In this document: positions 53,580 to 63,427 of the stretch, one piece after another | How positions within the stretch are numbered: the first letter of the stretch is position 1 | How the letters are laid out: every line of letters starts with the position of its first letter | From: Nitrosopumilus sp. | Lineage (GTDB): Archaea; Thermoproteota; Nitrososphaeria; Nitrososphaerales; Nitrosopumilaceae | Assembly (NCBI GenBank): GCA_965203315.1 | Contig: OZ241857.1 | Coordinates: 1,568,001 to 1,632,000 of the forward strand | DNA length: 64,000 bases | Reading direction: 5' to 3' | Notes under the pieces: model-generated | The model's input: the letters and a program-made list of their open reading frames with translations, nothing else | Told to the model about the DNA's origin: nothing | The model's database searches: none | Position numbers and translations under genes: made by a program

Positions 53580-54269
53580 ATGATGAGATTGACATATGTG
53601 ATGTTAATTTTATTTGTAATTTCATCTATACCGTATATATCAGTAGCACATGCCGAGTCTTTTACAATTCCAAATTGGATTGATGAATTAATCGGGTATT
53701 GGCAAGATGGCAGCATAACACACGATCAATTTATTCGTGCAGTACAATACTTGGTTGATTCTGGATACATCTATATGGTGAGCGATGATGGTAACATGAT
53801 GGATACGACAGTAACTAGTGATCTAATTCAAGATTTAAAGAGTTTAGTAAATGATGAAATTAACGACATGAAAGATACTATGGATGATGAGATGTATGAA
53901 TGTAGGGGCATTGTTGAGTGTTTTAGCGGTACTGTGGGAGGATATCCAGAAGCAGATATTATCAGGATCGGTAACGAATTGGTAATAACTTCAATTGCTA
54001 CAACTTTTAAATCATATGAGTCCGGTAGCGATGAAGCTAAAGAGTACATGAATAGTCTTTGTCCTATTGGTTCAAAAGCATTCGTTGACGTAGACGAAGC
54101 AAAAATAGGTACTGTATCAGGTTATGTGTTGGGGCTGGTATATTGTAATGGCTATAACCTAAACGATGAATTGGCCAAAAGTGAACACGGGTTTATCTTG
54201 GAAGCATATTGTCATTCTGAGTTTAGTCAAGATGAATGGGCAATCCGCAATGGTTGCCCAGTCAATTAA
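53580..54269 (+). CDS. Secreted protein: IPNW-type thaumarchaeal domain plus degenerate thermonuclease (SNase) domain
   Basis: Signal peptide (AHA), IPNWI...W..G.I....F..A.QYL, then LCPIGS...VYCNG.NLN...SEF...WA..GC. Confidence 0.75.
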   Translation: MMRLTYVMLILFVISSIPYISVAHAESFTIPNWIDELIGYWQDGSITHDQFIRAVQYLVDSGYIYMVSDDGNMMDTTVTSDLIQDLKSLVNDEINDMKDTMDDEMYECRGIVECFSGTVGGYPEADIIRIGNELVITSIATTFKSYESGSDEAKEYMNSLCPIGSKAFVDVDEAKIGTVSGYVLGLVYCNGYNLNDELAKSEHGFILEAYCHSEFSQDEWAIRNGCPVN

Positions 54270-54422
54270 CAGACATTGCAAGCGTTCACTAGTTAATCCA
54301 AATGACTACATCTGATGATTATTTTGAGGGATTGCTCAGTTTCGGCTTTGCGATAGTCGTCCACCAAATAATTTGATAGTTTTGTGCCTAATCATAGGAT
54401 AGAGTCCGTCTAGTCAGAGAAT

Positions 54423-54701
54423 TCATTCAAGTCGTTTTATGATATGATATCCAAATCTTGTCTTTACTGGTTCTGATACATGATTTACCGCAAGTGAGAA
54501 CGCTACTTTCTCAAACTCTTTGATCATTGTCCCTTTTCTAAAATATCCTAAACTACCATTTCGTTTTGCGCTAGGTGCGTCTATGGAAAGCTCTTTTGCT
54601 AGTTTTCCGAATTTCTGACCCTGTTTGAGTTTTGTAAGAATATTTTCGGCTTCACTTTGTTTTGCAACTAGTATGTGTGCACATTTTATTCTGTCCGTCA
54701 T
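54423..54701 (-). CDS. Parvulin-type peptidyl-prolyl isomerase
   Basis: HILV, F..LAKELS.D, GSLG and T.FGYHII motifs. Confidence 0.94.
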   Translation of the reverse strand: MTDRIKCAHILVAKQSEAENILTKLKQGQKFGKLAKELSIDAPSAKRNGSLGYFRKGTMIKEFEKVAFSLAVNHVSEPVKTRFGYHIIKRLE

Positions 54702-54849
54702 GTTGTGATTGGATTTAACGCAGTCTCTTAACTGTTTCGAAATCATATAGACTATGAACTAGGATATGGAAGCCTTTGTGTTAGGGGAATGTTCTATTAT
54801 TCTATGGTGTTTTGAGTAAATGACCTTAATTCTATACATTGTAGTAATC

Positions 54850-55698
54850 TCATCTTGATTCTAACTTTAGTGATATATCTCGTCTAAGATTCTCACTGTC
54901 TACAAATGACGAATCTAGCTTTATCGCAGCGTTCAATGCATGTAATGCTTCGTCTAGTAAACCGACGTCGTATAACCCACAAGCGAGTTCGTATTGTATA
55001 TCTGGTTCTTGCGGATTTAGTCTGATCAATAGTCTAAAACACTCTATTGCTTCATCCTGTCTATCATTATCTAGTAATATTGATGCCTTAGTCGTGACCA
55101 CATCCAAGTTTTCAGGATCTAAAGATATTGCTTCATCAAAACACTCTATTGCTTCATCAAGTCTTTCAAGATTGTATAACAATAATCCTTTACTCTCTAG
55201 TACATCACTGTCTGGATCTTCTTTTAACGATTTATCATAATAGTATAGTGCATCTTTTACAAGTTTCTCATCCTCAGTGTCCTCATAAATTTCATGTAGC
55301 GTCTGAGCTTTCAAATAATACGCGATTGATTTATCCATGTCATTTCGTAACATGACGTCTGCCCATTCCATAGCTTTAGCATGCATGTGACTGTGAAGTA
55401 ATAACAATCCCTTTATGTGCATACAAAACCACCTTAAATCGAGTTCAGAATATTTTATTGCTTTATCGATGTATTTCATCGACTCTTGTTTTTTACCCAA
55501 ACCTGTATAAATTATAGATTTAAATAAATTTATTTCCGGATCTTTTGGCATTTCGTTTGATATCTTGTTATAATGTCCAATTGCCTCATCATAATTTTCT
55601 AATTCTATTAGTTTTCTCATCTTTTTTGCTATTTCTTCCATCTTTTCCAATTTTTCGTTATTCGAAAATTCTTCAATATCATTAAACACTTTGCTCAT
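54850..55698 (-). CDS. Tetratricopeptide-repeat protein
   Basis: Repeated EAI..(Y/F)D.AI.L.P units. Confidence 0.9.
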   Translation of the reverse strand: MSKVFNDIEEFSNNEKLEKMEEIAKKMRKLIELENYDEAIGHYNKISNEMPKDPEINLFKSIIYTGLGKKQESMKYIDKAIKYSELDLRWFCMHIKGLLLLHSHMHAKAMEWADVMLRNDMDKSIAYYLKAQTLHEIYEDTEDEKLVKDALYYYDKSLKEDPDSDVLESKGLLLYNLERLDEAIECFDEAISLDPENLDVVTTKASILLDNDRQDEAIECFRLLIRLNPQEPDIQYELACGLYDVGLLDEALHALNAAIKLDSSFVDSENLRRDISLKLESR

Positions 55699-56055
55699 GT
55701 ACCGTTTTAAAATCAGTATTTTTTAAATGTTTATGTGTAAACTAATCTTTGGTATGTAGTTATTAAAACAAATATCAAAATACATATTTTGCATAGTATA
55801 TCGTTCTGTTCGACAACTTGTAGATCACTAGTACATGACTGCAAGATATTTCTACAGTATTTTATATTGTGATAACCTTTGATCTCTTCTGCCATGAACA
55901 AACTATGTTTTTTGATTTGACTATTAACACTTTACATCTTGTGTCGTGTTTCAGGATCTAAGAGTTGCCTCTAGCCAAACAACTATTCAAAAAACAAATA
56001 TCTGATTCAATATACAAATATCCTTTTAAGGACGAATACATGAATGAGAATTTGA

Positions 56056-56871
56056 TTGAAGCTACAAAAGATCGCTGTTGTGAGTAAGGTTGGTTCTCGT
56101 GCTGCAGAACAGTCTGCAAGTGATGTCGCAAAAAAGTTCTTGAATGCAAAAGCAACCGTATACACCATATCTCCAATAGATGTTGCAGGAGCACACAAGC
56201 TTGATGCAATCGATGAACTCGCCAAGATACGTCTAGATCTGGTAGTTACTATGGGCGGTGATGGTACAACACTACGCGTCTTTCGTAGTATAGATAACGA
56301 GACACCGATCCTTACCATCAACGTTGGTGGCAATCGTGGTATATTGTCTGAGATTACGATTGATGAACTCGATGCAGCAATCAGCCAGATCCAAAGGGGC
56401 AAATTCTTTTTGGATAAACGAACACGAGTTATCGCATCTTGTGGCGGAGTTGACTTTCCTCCGGCTCTCAACGAGATATACATAACTCGAACAAATCTTA
56501 CCAAGACGGCAGAGATCACCATAAGATTTCAAAACGATACTGTAAAACAAAAGATGGATGGCGTAATTATTGCAACTCCTAGTGGTTCTACTGGACACTC
56601 TTTCTCACTTGGAGGTCCAATACTGCATGAGAGTTTGGACGTCTTGATAATTACTCCAGTAGCTCCTGTGTATAGACTCGAGTCTATTGTAGTACCCGAT
56701 GAGCAGATCGAAGTAATCTGTTCTCACAATTGTAGTATAGTTATGGATGCACAGGTCATCAAGACAGTTGATTATGAAGAACCAATAACGATCAAAAAGT
56801 ACAAAAAACAAGCAGTCTTTATACGACTAAAGAAACGTGGATTACGGCAAATGAGTAAACTTGGTTTCTAG
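56056..56871 (+). CDS. nadK: NAD kinase
   Basis: GGDGT, NE and DG.IIATPSGST..S.S.GGP motifs. Confidence 0.95.
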   Translation: MKLQKIAVVSKVGSRAAEQSASDVAKKFLNAKATVYTISPIDVAGAHKLDAIDELAKIRLDLVVTMGGDGTTLRVFRSIDNETPILTINVGGNRGILSEITIDELDAAISQIQRGKFFLDKRTRVIASCGGVDFPPALNEIYITRTNLTKTAEITIRFQNDTVKQKMDGVIIATPSGSTGHSFSLGGPILHESLDVLIITPVAPVYRLESIVVPDEQIEVICSHNCSIVMDAQVIKTVDYEEPITIKKYKKQAVFIRLKKRGLRQMSKLGF

Positions 56872-57337
56872 AGTTATGGATGCAAGCGCATTTTATGCTG
56901 GTGTACCGTTCAAGACAACCGAGATATGTTACACAACATCGCTTGTATATGACGAGATCAGACATATCAAAGAACGTCATGATATATTGGGAGCACTGGT
57001 GGTTACTGGACGATTACAGATTCGTGAACCAAGTCCAAACTCGTTACGCATAGCAAATGATATCGCAAACGAGTCAGGCGATATCTCCAAACTATCATCA
57101 CAAGATATCTCTGTACTTGCATTGTGTATAGAGATCGATGGTAATTTGGTCAGTGACGACTATGCTATATCAAACGCTGCCAAGAGATATGGTCTTGTGG
57201 TGGAGCCTATAATGACTCGCGGGATTCGTAATGTGGGAAGATGGATATATTATTGCCCAGGTTGTAGCACGACATCTCGAACAGACACAGAGTGTCCTGT
57301 ATGTGGAACACATCCAAAACGTAGATTGATCAAGTAG
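56861..57337 (+). CDS. nob1: Nob1-like PIN + zinc-ribbon endonuclease
   Basis: DASAF, LS..D, SDDY and CPGC...CPVCG motifs. Confidence 0.9.
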   Translation: MVSRVMDASAFYAGVPFKTTEICYTTSLVYDEIRHIKERHDILGALVVTGRLQIREPSPNSLRIANDIANESGDISKLSSQDISVLALCIEIDGNLVSDDYAISNAAKRYGLVVEPIMTRGIRNVGRWIYYCPGCSTTSRTDTECPVCGTHPKRRLIK

Positions 57338-58013
57338 AGTCAAGTGTTTTTTGATTATCTGATTTAGACAGTCTCTTTGTGTCCAAGACATGTCTGATCT
57401 TCTTTGCACGTGCCGATCCCAACCCATCTATCTTTGCAAGCTCTGCTACCTTTGCAGCAAATACCTTGTCTGGAGTTCCAAAACGATCTAGTAGTCGTAC
57501 TGCAAACTTTTCTCCAATTCCTGGCAGACTAGAGATGACGGCAAGCTGTTGTAGATAAAGATCACTTGATTTTTTAATCTTTTTTAGAAATGGTCCTTCT
57601 CTCGACTTGGAACTCTTACACATTGCTAAAAGAAGTTTCGCAGTGTGTTCTGCATTGGGGGTTGGAATTATTGGTATCTTTAAATTTATTGTAACCGTCG
57701 AGATTGCACCATAAAAGATAAACGGATTATCTACAATAGTCTCCAACTCGTCTATGTCTCCTTCTAGTAACAAGATCGGCTTCTCAAAATGTTCCTTTAG
57801 TCTCATACATTGATCATAAAGCCTTCCATCAAACACTGATGAGATTAGATCGTGAATGGTTTTACGTTCTATAATGGTCTCGGGAGCTACAATATAGTCA
57901 CCTATGGGCAATGTCTTTATCTCGACCTCGGCACCAACCTTTTTGAGCAAGTCTGCAATCCTGCTCTTTCGTTCTCGCTCATCTACTATGATCCGAAGGT
58001 TTTCGATCAACAC
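57330..58013 (-). CDS. xpf: XPF/ERCC4 nuclease with HhH domains
   Basis: VDERE, GDY, ERKT..D and LPGIG motifs. Confidence 0.93.
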   Translation of the reverse strand: MLIENLRIIVDERERKSRIADLLKKVGAEVEIKTLPIGDYIVAPETIIERKTIHDLISSVFDGRLYDQCMRLKEHFEKPILLLEGDIDELETIVDNPFIFYGAISTVTINLKIPIIPTPNAEHTAKLLLAMCKSSKSREGPFLKKIKKSSDLYLQQLAVISSLPGIGEKFAVRLLDRFGTPDKVFAAKVAELAKIDGLGSARAKKIRHVLDTKRLSKSDNQKTLDST

Positions 58014-58086
58014 AATGCATTCATGTATGTTTGGTTAATATCTTGTATGATGTGTAATGCGTAGTGTATAATGCGTAGTGTATAGT

Positions 58087-58227
58087 AGACTGTATGCGTA
58101 TTATTAAGAGTGCCCATGTTCAATCATCAAACACGACAACAATGAATCAATTTGCCTCTAGAAAGTACACATGTGTTTTATTGTACGTTAAAATGTGCAT
58201 ATGATGTAAGAAATACGCATACAGTCT
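58087..58227. mobile_element. MITE family C, copy 1 (ISL2-type ends)
   Basis: 141 bp; TIR AGACTGTATGCGTAT/ATACGCATACAGTCT resembles AGACATTATGCGT of the 38458 element. Confidence 0.9.
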
Positions 58228-58323
58228 TATATCTTAGAGATGGAGTGGTGATACAATAATCGAAATTGCGATCTGTTTGATTTGTTGCTTCAATACATGT
58301 TAGGGCCACATATCCCTAATCGC

Positions 58324-59846
58324 GGGGTTGTCCGGTGAATATCTCGTAAAATCTATGCATTTTATGATCTCTTAAACAAAATACAACAAATTAACTCTAT
58401 TTGCCGTTATTTTTCTATTAAAAGTTAAACTTTGGTGCAAAGTGTACCGTTTTGCACTTCAATAATCAAGTTTGATTAATTAAAACGCCACAAATTAATG
58501 CTCGACAAGCATGCATTTACCAAAAAACAGTATTTGGTTACCACTCAATACCCACTTGTGCTAAAATTACTTTTGAATTATGTGCAGCAATCTTGAACTT
58601 TAACTCTTGAACCATGTTTTCCCATTTTATTGCTTTAATGTCTTCACCAAATAGGAGTTTCATTGTTGAAAATACGCCTTCAACATTTGCACGGTCTCCA
58701 TATCCTAGAATTATCTTCCAATCATCTTGATTTTCTTCGCGTTCGTCTGTTGGCATGGAATTTAGATCTTTACCATCTAAAGCACCAAATTGAAACTCGG
58801 CTAATTTACTTCTGGGATCATCTCCATGTGATACTGCATTACGTTTTATCAATATTCCATTGATGAGATTATACATCATACAAAACTCGTGAATCTTTTT
58901 TGTATCATAACCTTTGTCGGCGAGAATTTTCTTTGTGATTGGTTTACCGGTACGATTACATTCATCAACTATCTCTGTTGCATCTTTTAATAGTTGCTTA
59001 AACTGTGACGAATCTGATTTCTTGTCAGTCGTAATGCTGTATGACCTTATAATCTTTGAATTCACGTCTATACAAATGTGCATTTTTACAAATCCATCTC
59101 GTTCTACTTTGTAATGGGCTTCAATCCATCGACCACCTGCATGTTGTCTAAAGCCAGAAGCATCAATAGCTAGAGTATGTGGCATTTTAGACTTTATAAT
59201 TAAGAGATCGTTTAAAATATCGACTTCCTGTGCTTTTATTCTAGCGTGTAACTGAGATCTACGTGGTATCTTGAAATTAGGAAAAGATTTCTCTAACTCT
59301 TTTATGAGTCGTCTATATGAATAGTTGTTTCTAGATTTTGTAATGCCTGCGTACATTATAAGAGCTTCTGAATAAAGGAATTGTCCACCACGTTTATTTT
59401 TATTCATAAGAGTTAACTCTTTTTCGAATTCTTCTTTAAATTTATCCTCGTCTTCCAATCTTAAAACAAGCATAAAAAATAAAAGTCTTAATCTTGGTTT
59501 ATGTTTTAATGATTTCATAATTCTACTTAAATTTCTTGCTTTCTCACGTTTTTCTTTACGATTCATGTCCTCATCTTTTAGAAACTTGAACCAATAAGGG
59601 AAATCACTCGCCATGACATTTCTAAAAATAGTTCCCCTTTATAGATCTTTTCATTTTGATATCTATTTTGTGTTTTAAAATTAATTGTAAACTAGAACTT
59701 GTTACTAATTCTATGCAGCAGTTGAAAAAACAACACTAGAAACGATGCAATTAGAGAAAATATTTCTCATGTGTTCAAAATCGAGCGATTTGTATCCCCG
59801 ATGAGTGGATTTGCAGCTGCCCTATTCCTATTCACCGGACAACCTC
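58324..59846 (-). mobile_element. IS5-family (IS903-like) element
   Basis: TIR GGGGTTGTCCGGTGAATA / TATTCACCGGACAACCTC; TSD (C)CTAATCGC of 8-9 bp. Confidence 0.93.
58538..59614 (-). CDS. IS5-family transposase
   Basis: IDASG, KMH, ADKGYD and Y..R..VEGVFS motifs; homologous to 11069-12145. Confidence 0.93.
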   Translation of the reverse strand: MASDFPYWFKFLKDEDMNRKEKREKARNLSRIMKSLKHKPRLRLLFFMLVLRLEDEDKFKEEFEKELTLMNKNKRGGQFLYSEALIMYAGITKSRNNYSYRRLIKELEKSFPNFKIPRRSQLHARIKAQEVDILNDLLIIKSKMPHTLAIDASGFRQHAGGRWIEAHYKVERDGFVKMHICIDVNSKIIRSYSITTDKKSDSSQFKQLLKDATEIVDECNRTGKPITKKILADKGYDTKKIHEFCMMYNLINGILIKRNAVSHGDDPRSKLAEFQFGALDGKDLNSMPTDEREENQDDWKIILGYGDRANVEGVFSTMKLLFGEDIKAIKWENMVQELKFKIAAHNSKVILAQVGIEW

Positions 59847-59887
59847 CTAATCGCCTAGATTTATATGAAATGGTGCAGTAAATTGGT

Positions 59888-60070
59888 GTGGCATTGAAAT
59901 CGGATATAGAGGTACTTAAAAACTTGAAATGCACTAGGTGTGGAAAAGAAGTAGAATCATTAGCATTTCCTGACGAAAAGTACATAGTATGTATGGATTG
60001 TATAGATGGGTACATGAGAGAAGCCGAAGCGCATTTTGACAAATATCCCCCACGTGACGAGAAAGAGTAG
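59888..60070 (+). CDS. Small zinc-finger protein
   Basis: CTRC...CMDC; ends 9 nt before the TIR gene. Confidence 0.6.
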   Translation: MALKSDIEVLKNLKCTRCGKEVESLAFPDEKYIVCMDCIDGYMREAEAHFDKYPPRDEKE

Positions 60071-60079
60071 TGTCACAGC

Positions 60080-60796
60080 ATGGCCATGGATGAGCCCATA
60101 CCTTCCTTTATTGACGAAGGTACATTTGAAATATTCTTGAGTTATAGCAGTGATACTGAAAAGCAATTTGAGATGTACGTTGATGAACTGAAAATACGTC
60201 TTAGTCAACACAACATGAATGTGATTACAGCTCCCCACGATCAAGATGGTGGGGATGATGGTGACGAATACATCATGACAAAGATACAAACATGTGATGT
60301 GTTGTTGGCATTACACACTGAAACTTGTAAATCATCAAATTACTTTGATCAAGAGATTGGTGTTGCTCTTGCATACAAAGTTCCAATAGTTCCAATTTGT
60401 GTTAAAGCAAAACCTTATGGATTCATCCAAATGAAAAAGTGTATATCTTATGATCATGCCATGATTGATAAAACATCACAGATAGTACATTCAATCAAAA
60501 AGCAATATTGGCGTTAGCGCATCAACCAATCAAGTATCATCTTTAGACTAAACATGATCAAATCAAGTTTTCAAGCAACGCAGCTACTAGGTATGATTAC
60601 AGGTAAACATATTCAAGAAGATACAATCAATCAGTTAGCTTTGTTGTATCTAAGCGGTAAATTTTCTAATAAAAAAACAACAACAGCAATTATTGAGAAT
60701 CTATTAACAAAAAATAGAGATGGCTTGGCACATAAACTACGTTTGGCCCTACAAAATCACTCTAGTGAAACCTCAGAATCTAGTTTTGCCTCTTGA
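60080..60796 (+). pseudogene. TIR-domain protein with in-frame TAG (60515-60517) between the TIR domain and a helical C-terminal domain
   Basis: IFLSYS...CDVLLAL...SNYFDQEIGVA; the same frame continues past the TAG into ORF 60554-60796. Confidence 0.8.
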
Positions 60797-60867
60797 GCAT
60801 GTTTGTTCAAGTTACCCTCTCCACGGTTAACATAATATAGTGCCACGATTATGTTTTTTGGTATACA

Positions 60868-61008
60868 AGACTGTATGCGTATTATTAAGAGTGACCATGT
60901 CCAATCATCAAACACGACAACAATGAATCAATTTGCCTCTAGAAATTACGCCTGTGTTTTATTGTACGCTAAAATGTGCGTAAGATATAAGAAATATGCA
61001 TACAGTGT
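60868..61008. mobile_element. MITE family C, copy 2 (direct repeat of 58087-58227)
   Basis: 141 bp; roughly 90% identical to copy 1 by eye. Confidence 0.9.
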
Positions 61009-61012
61009 AGTG

Positions 61013-61411
61013 TTATCTTCTAGGATTATCTGTACTGGCATCTTTATCCCTAGTCCCTGTAGTACCGGACTTCATCATCTCTGTTATCTTTGCTTCTTGT
61101 TCTTTTAGATTTTCTTTAATGCGAGACTCTTGTTTCTCTAGAACAGTACTTTGAGTCTTTGCTATCGTCTGTCTCTCTTCTAGATCTTGGATCATCTTTT
61201 CTTTAGTTGATCTTATCAAAACCGCACCAACATTTTTGAACACTGTCTCATCATCAGTAATCTTTCCCAACTCTTCTAGCGCCTTTGCGATCTCAATCTT
61301 TTCCAACTCGAGTTGATGTCTCTGTGTCATTATTGTTTGAAGATTTTGTTGGGACTGTTGCAACTTTGCAATCTGCTCTTGTAGCCACGGTGGCATCTGC
61401 TTTGATGACAT
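61013..61411 (-). CDS. pfdB: Prefoldin beta subunit
   Basis: Coiled coil with VFKNVGAVLI hairpin; exosome superoperon context. Confidence 0.93.
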   Translation of the reverse strand: MSSKQMPPWLQEQIAKLQQSQQNLQTIMTQRHQLELEKIEIAKALEELGKITDDETVFKNVGAVLIRSTKEKMIQDLEERQTIAKTQSTVLEKQESRIKENLKEQEAKITEMMKSGTTGTRDKDASTDNPRR

Positions 61412-61434
61412 TGTTTGTGTTGGAATCTATTTCA

Positions 61435-61680
61435 TTATATCTTTACCGATTCAATCGATTCATAGCTCGTTTGGATTAGTCTGAGGAGTGAGTTGAGGCT
61501 TGCTCTTAATGGTGCAATATTTTCATACTCTACATGTATACTCATCTGTTCTTTATCGACAAGCTTGGCGTCTGTTATGCTCTCTGGATAAAATTTCGAG
61601 TCTGTACTTACAGCGTCAAATATTGCAGCAGTCTTTTCCTTTGCTGACACAATCACGGTTGCACTAAATCTTAACGTCAT
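61435..61680 (-). CDS. pcc1: KEOPS complex subunit Pcc1
   Basis: LRASLNSLLRLI motif; gene context. Confidence 0.85.
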   Translation of the reverse strand: MTLRFSATVIVSAKEKTAAIFDAVSTDSKFYPESITDAKLVDKEQMSIHVEYENIAPLRASLNSLLRLIQTSYESIESVKI

Positions 61681-61876
61681 ATGCAGTTCCAGCTATCTTG
61701 AAGCTACATTTCTTACATGACCATATTCCAACTGCGTCACGACTCAACGTCTTGGAGCCACATTCTGGACAGATACGTTTCTCCTTTAACTTTAGATGAA
61801 CCTTTGTGTACTGTTTTCTGATCTTTATTCCATAACGAGCTCCTAGACCCTTTAACGATTTTTTGCTTTTTGCCAA
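61664..61876 (-). CDS. rpl37ae: Ribosomal protein L37Ae (eL43)
   Basis: GARYG and CPEC...GIWSCKKC motifs. Confidence 0.95.
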   Translation of the reverse strand: MAKSKKSLKGLGARYGIKIRKQYTKVHLKLKEKRICPECGSKTLSRDAVGIWSCKKCSFKIAGTAYDVKI

Positions 61877-62689
61877 CTATTGTCCCTCTTGTATTGCCTC
61901 TAGTTTGCCACGTATCTTTGCACCTACACGAATCGCAATCTCTCCACAATGTGTTAACTCGTCTTGTGTAAATCCATCAAATCCACCTTTTTGTATCGCA
62001 CAAATGTTTCCATCCGAGTTGGTGGCAATTGTAATTCGCGCATCCATAATCTCCCACTCTTCGCCGTTTGGATCAACTATGATGTGTGATCCAATCTTGC
62101 CCATAGTTACCGATACCGGAATAGTCGTTATCGGCACAGGCGATTCACCTTCAACGAGTTTTGGTACGTCGTTCTCCATTACCCACTTTGGTGTCTTTGA
62201 TGAGAGTAGAGATGCGGTTGCTGCATAAGAACACGCATCAAATAGATTACCATCATAGTCTACAACGACATTGTCTGCAAATATTCCTACCACTGATCTA
62301 TCTTGTTCAATTACTAGTTGCGATAGATCGATCATATGACTCTCTCGAATTCCTCGATCAACAACTCTTGCCAACTCGATCACATCAGGCCCTGGAGGTC
62401 CCGTCTCTACTGTGGGGTGTGATAGCGGCAACATCTCTGCTGTACAGATAAAGATTCCTTTGTCACCCATGTCTGGAAATGGTTTGTCTGGTTGAATCTT
62501 TACGCCACATACGACCTCTGTATCTCCAATTCGAACACGTGCAGAGCCACTTGCTTTTGGAATTGCGTTTATCTCGATCGATATCTCACGTGGTTCATCT
62601 AGTTCTCTACCGTCTATGCGTTTACCTTGCTCCAAGAGCTCTAGAATCTGTGACTTGTGTAGTTGATCAATGACTGACTGTGAACCCAT
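61877..62689 (-). CDS. rrp42: Exosome complex subunit Rrp42
   Basis: RIDGR, ELARVVDRGIRES and DGNLFDA motifs. Confidence 0.95.
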   Translation of the reverse strand: MGSQSVIDQLHKSQILELLEQGKRIDGRELDEPREISIEINAIPKASGSARVRIGDTEVVCGVKIQPDKPFPDMGDKGIFICTAEMLPLSHPTVETGPPGPDVIELARVVDRGIRESHMIDLSQLVIEQDRSVVGIFADNVVVDYDGNLFDACSYAATASLLSSKTPKWVMENDVPKLVEGESPVPITTIPVSVTMGKIGSHIIVDPNGEEWEIMDARITIATNSDGNICAIQKGGFDGFTQDELTHCGEIAIRVGAKIRGKLEAIQEGQ

Positions 62690-62692
62690 CTC

Positions 62693-63427
62693 TTACGCTT
62701 CTCCATTTTTAAAATACTTTGTTTGTAGTGCCTTCTTTTGTAGTTCATGTACTATTTTACATCCTTTTACTCCTACATCGACACACTGTTTGTACTCGTC
62801 CGGAGTTAATACTCCATCTAACTGCAATAATGTTATCTTTTCTAGATTTGGCATATATCCTATGGGCATGTCTGCTTGCCCTGCTTGATCTTCTTCATTA
62901 TTTACATCCAAGATTATCGTATCTGCAGCTTTGCCGGCAGCACATGCTGCCACCAGATCTCGCATAGGGATTCCAGCATCAGCTAATGCAACAGACGCTG
63001 CAGAGAGAGCAGCACATCTAGTTCCACCATCAGCTTGGAGAACTTCGATGAATACATCTACTACTGTCCTAGGAAACTTTTCCAACATTACAGCTGGTTC
63101 TAGTGCTTCTTTGATGACTTTAGATATCTCGATCTCTCTCCTTGACGGAGCTGGATTCTTTCGCTCAGTTACTGAGAATGGTTCCATATGGTATCGAACA
63201 CGTAATATTCCTGTATCTGTATTCGACATATGTTTTGGATGAACATCACGAGGTCCAAACACTCCGACCAAGATCTTGTTGTCTCCAAACTCGATATATG
63301 CTGAACCATCTGCATTCTTTAGTCCTCCGGCTTTTATCATTATCCTACGTGGCTCGTCGACTCGACGACCGTCACAACGTATCCCATTCTCATCCAAGAG
63401 AACCATCGTTGCTTCTCTTCCACCCAT
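62693..63427 (-). CDS. rrp41: Exosome complex exonuclease Rrp41
   Basis: PSRREIEIS, QADGGTR and EED motifs. Confidence 0.96.
   Translation of the reverse strand: MGGREATMVLLDENGIRCDGRRVDEPRRIMIKAGGLKNADGSAYIEFGDNKILVGVFGPRDVHPKHMSNTDTGILRVRYHMEPFSVTERKNPAPSRREIEISKVIKEALEPAVMLEKFPRTVVDVFIEVLQADGGTRCAALSAASVALADAGIPMRDLVAACAAGKAADTIILDVNNEEDQAGQADMPIGYMPNLEKITLLQLDGVLTPDEYKQCVDVGVKGCKIVHELQKKALQTKYFKNGEA

Noticed and set aside
51693-58013. Separate Hef helicase and XPF nuclease as a novel gene fission
   Set aside because: Short XPF plus a separate helicase is a known arrangement in this archaeal group
23602-60517. Amber recoding (pyrrolysine or read-through) suggested by two in-frame TAGs
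   Set aside because: The 23.5-24.1 kb gene also has an in-frame TAA, core genes end normally in TAG, and no pyl genes are in the window
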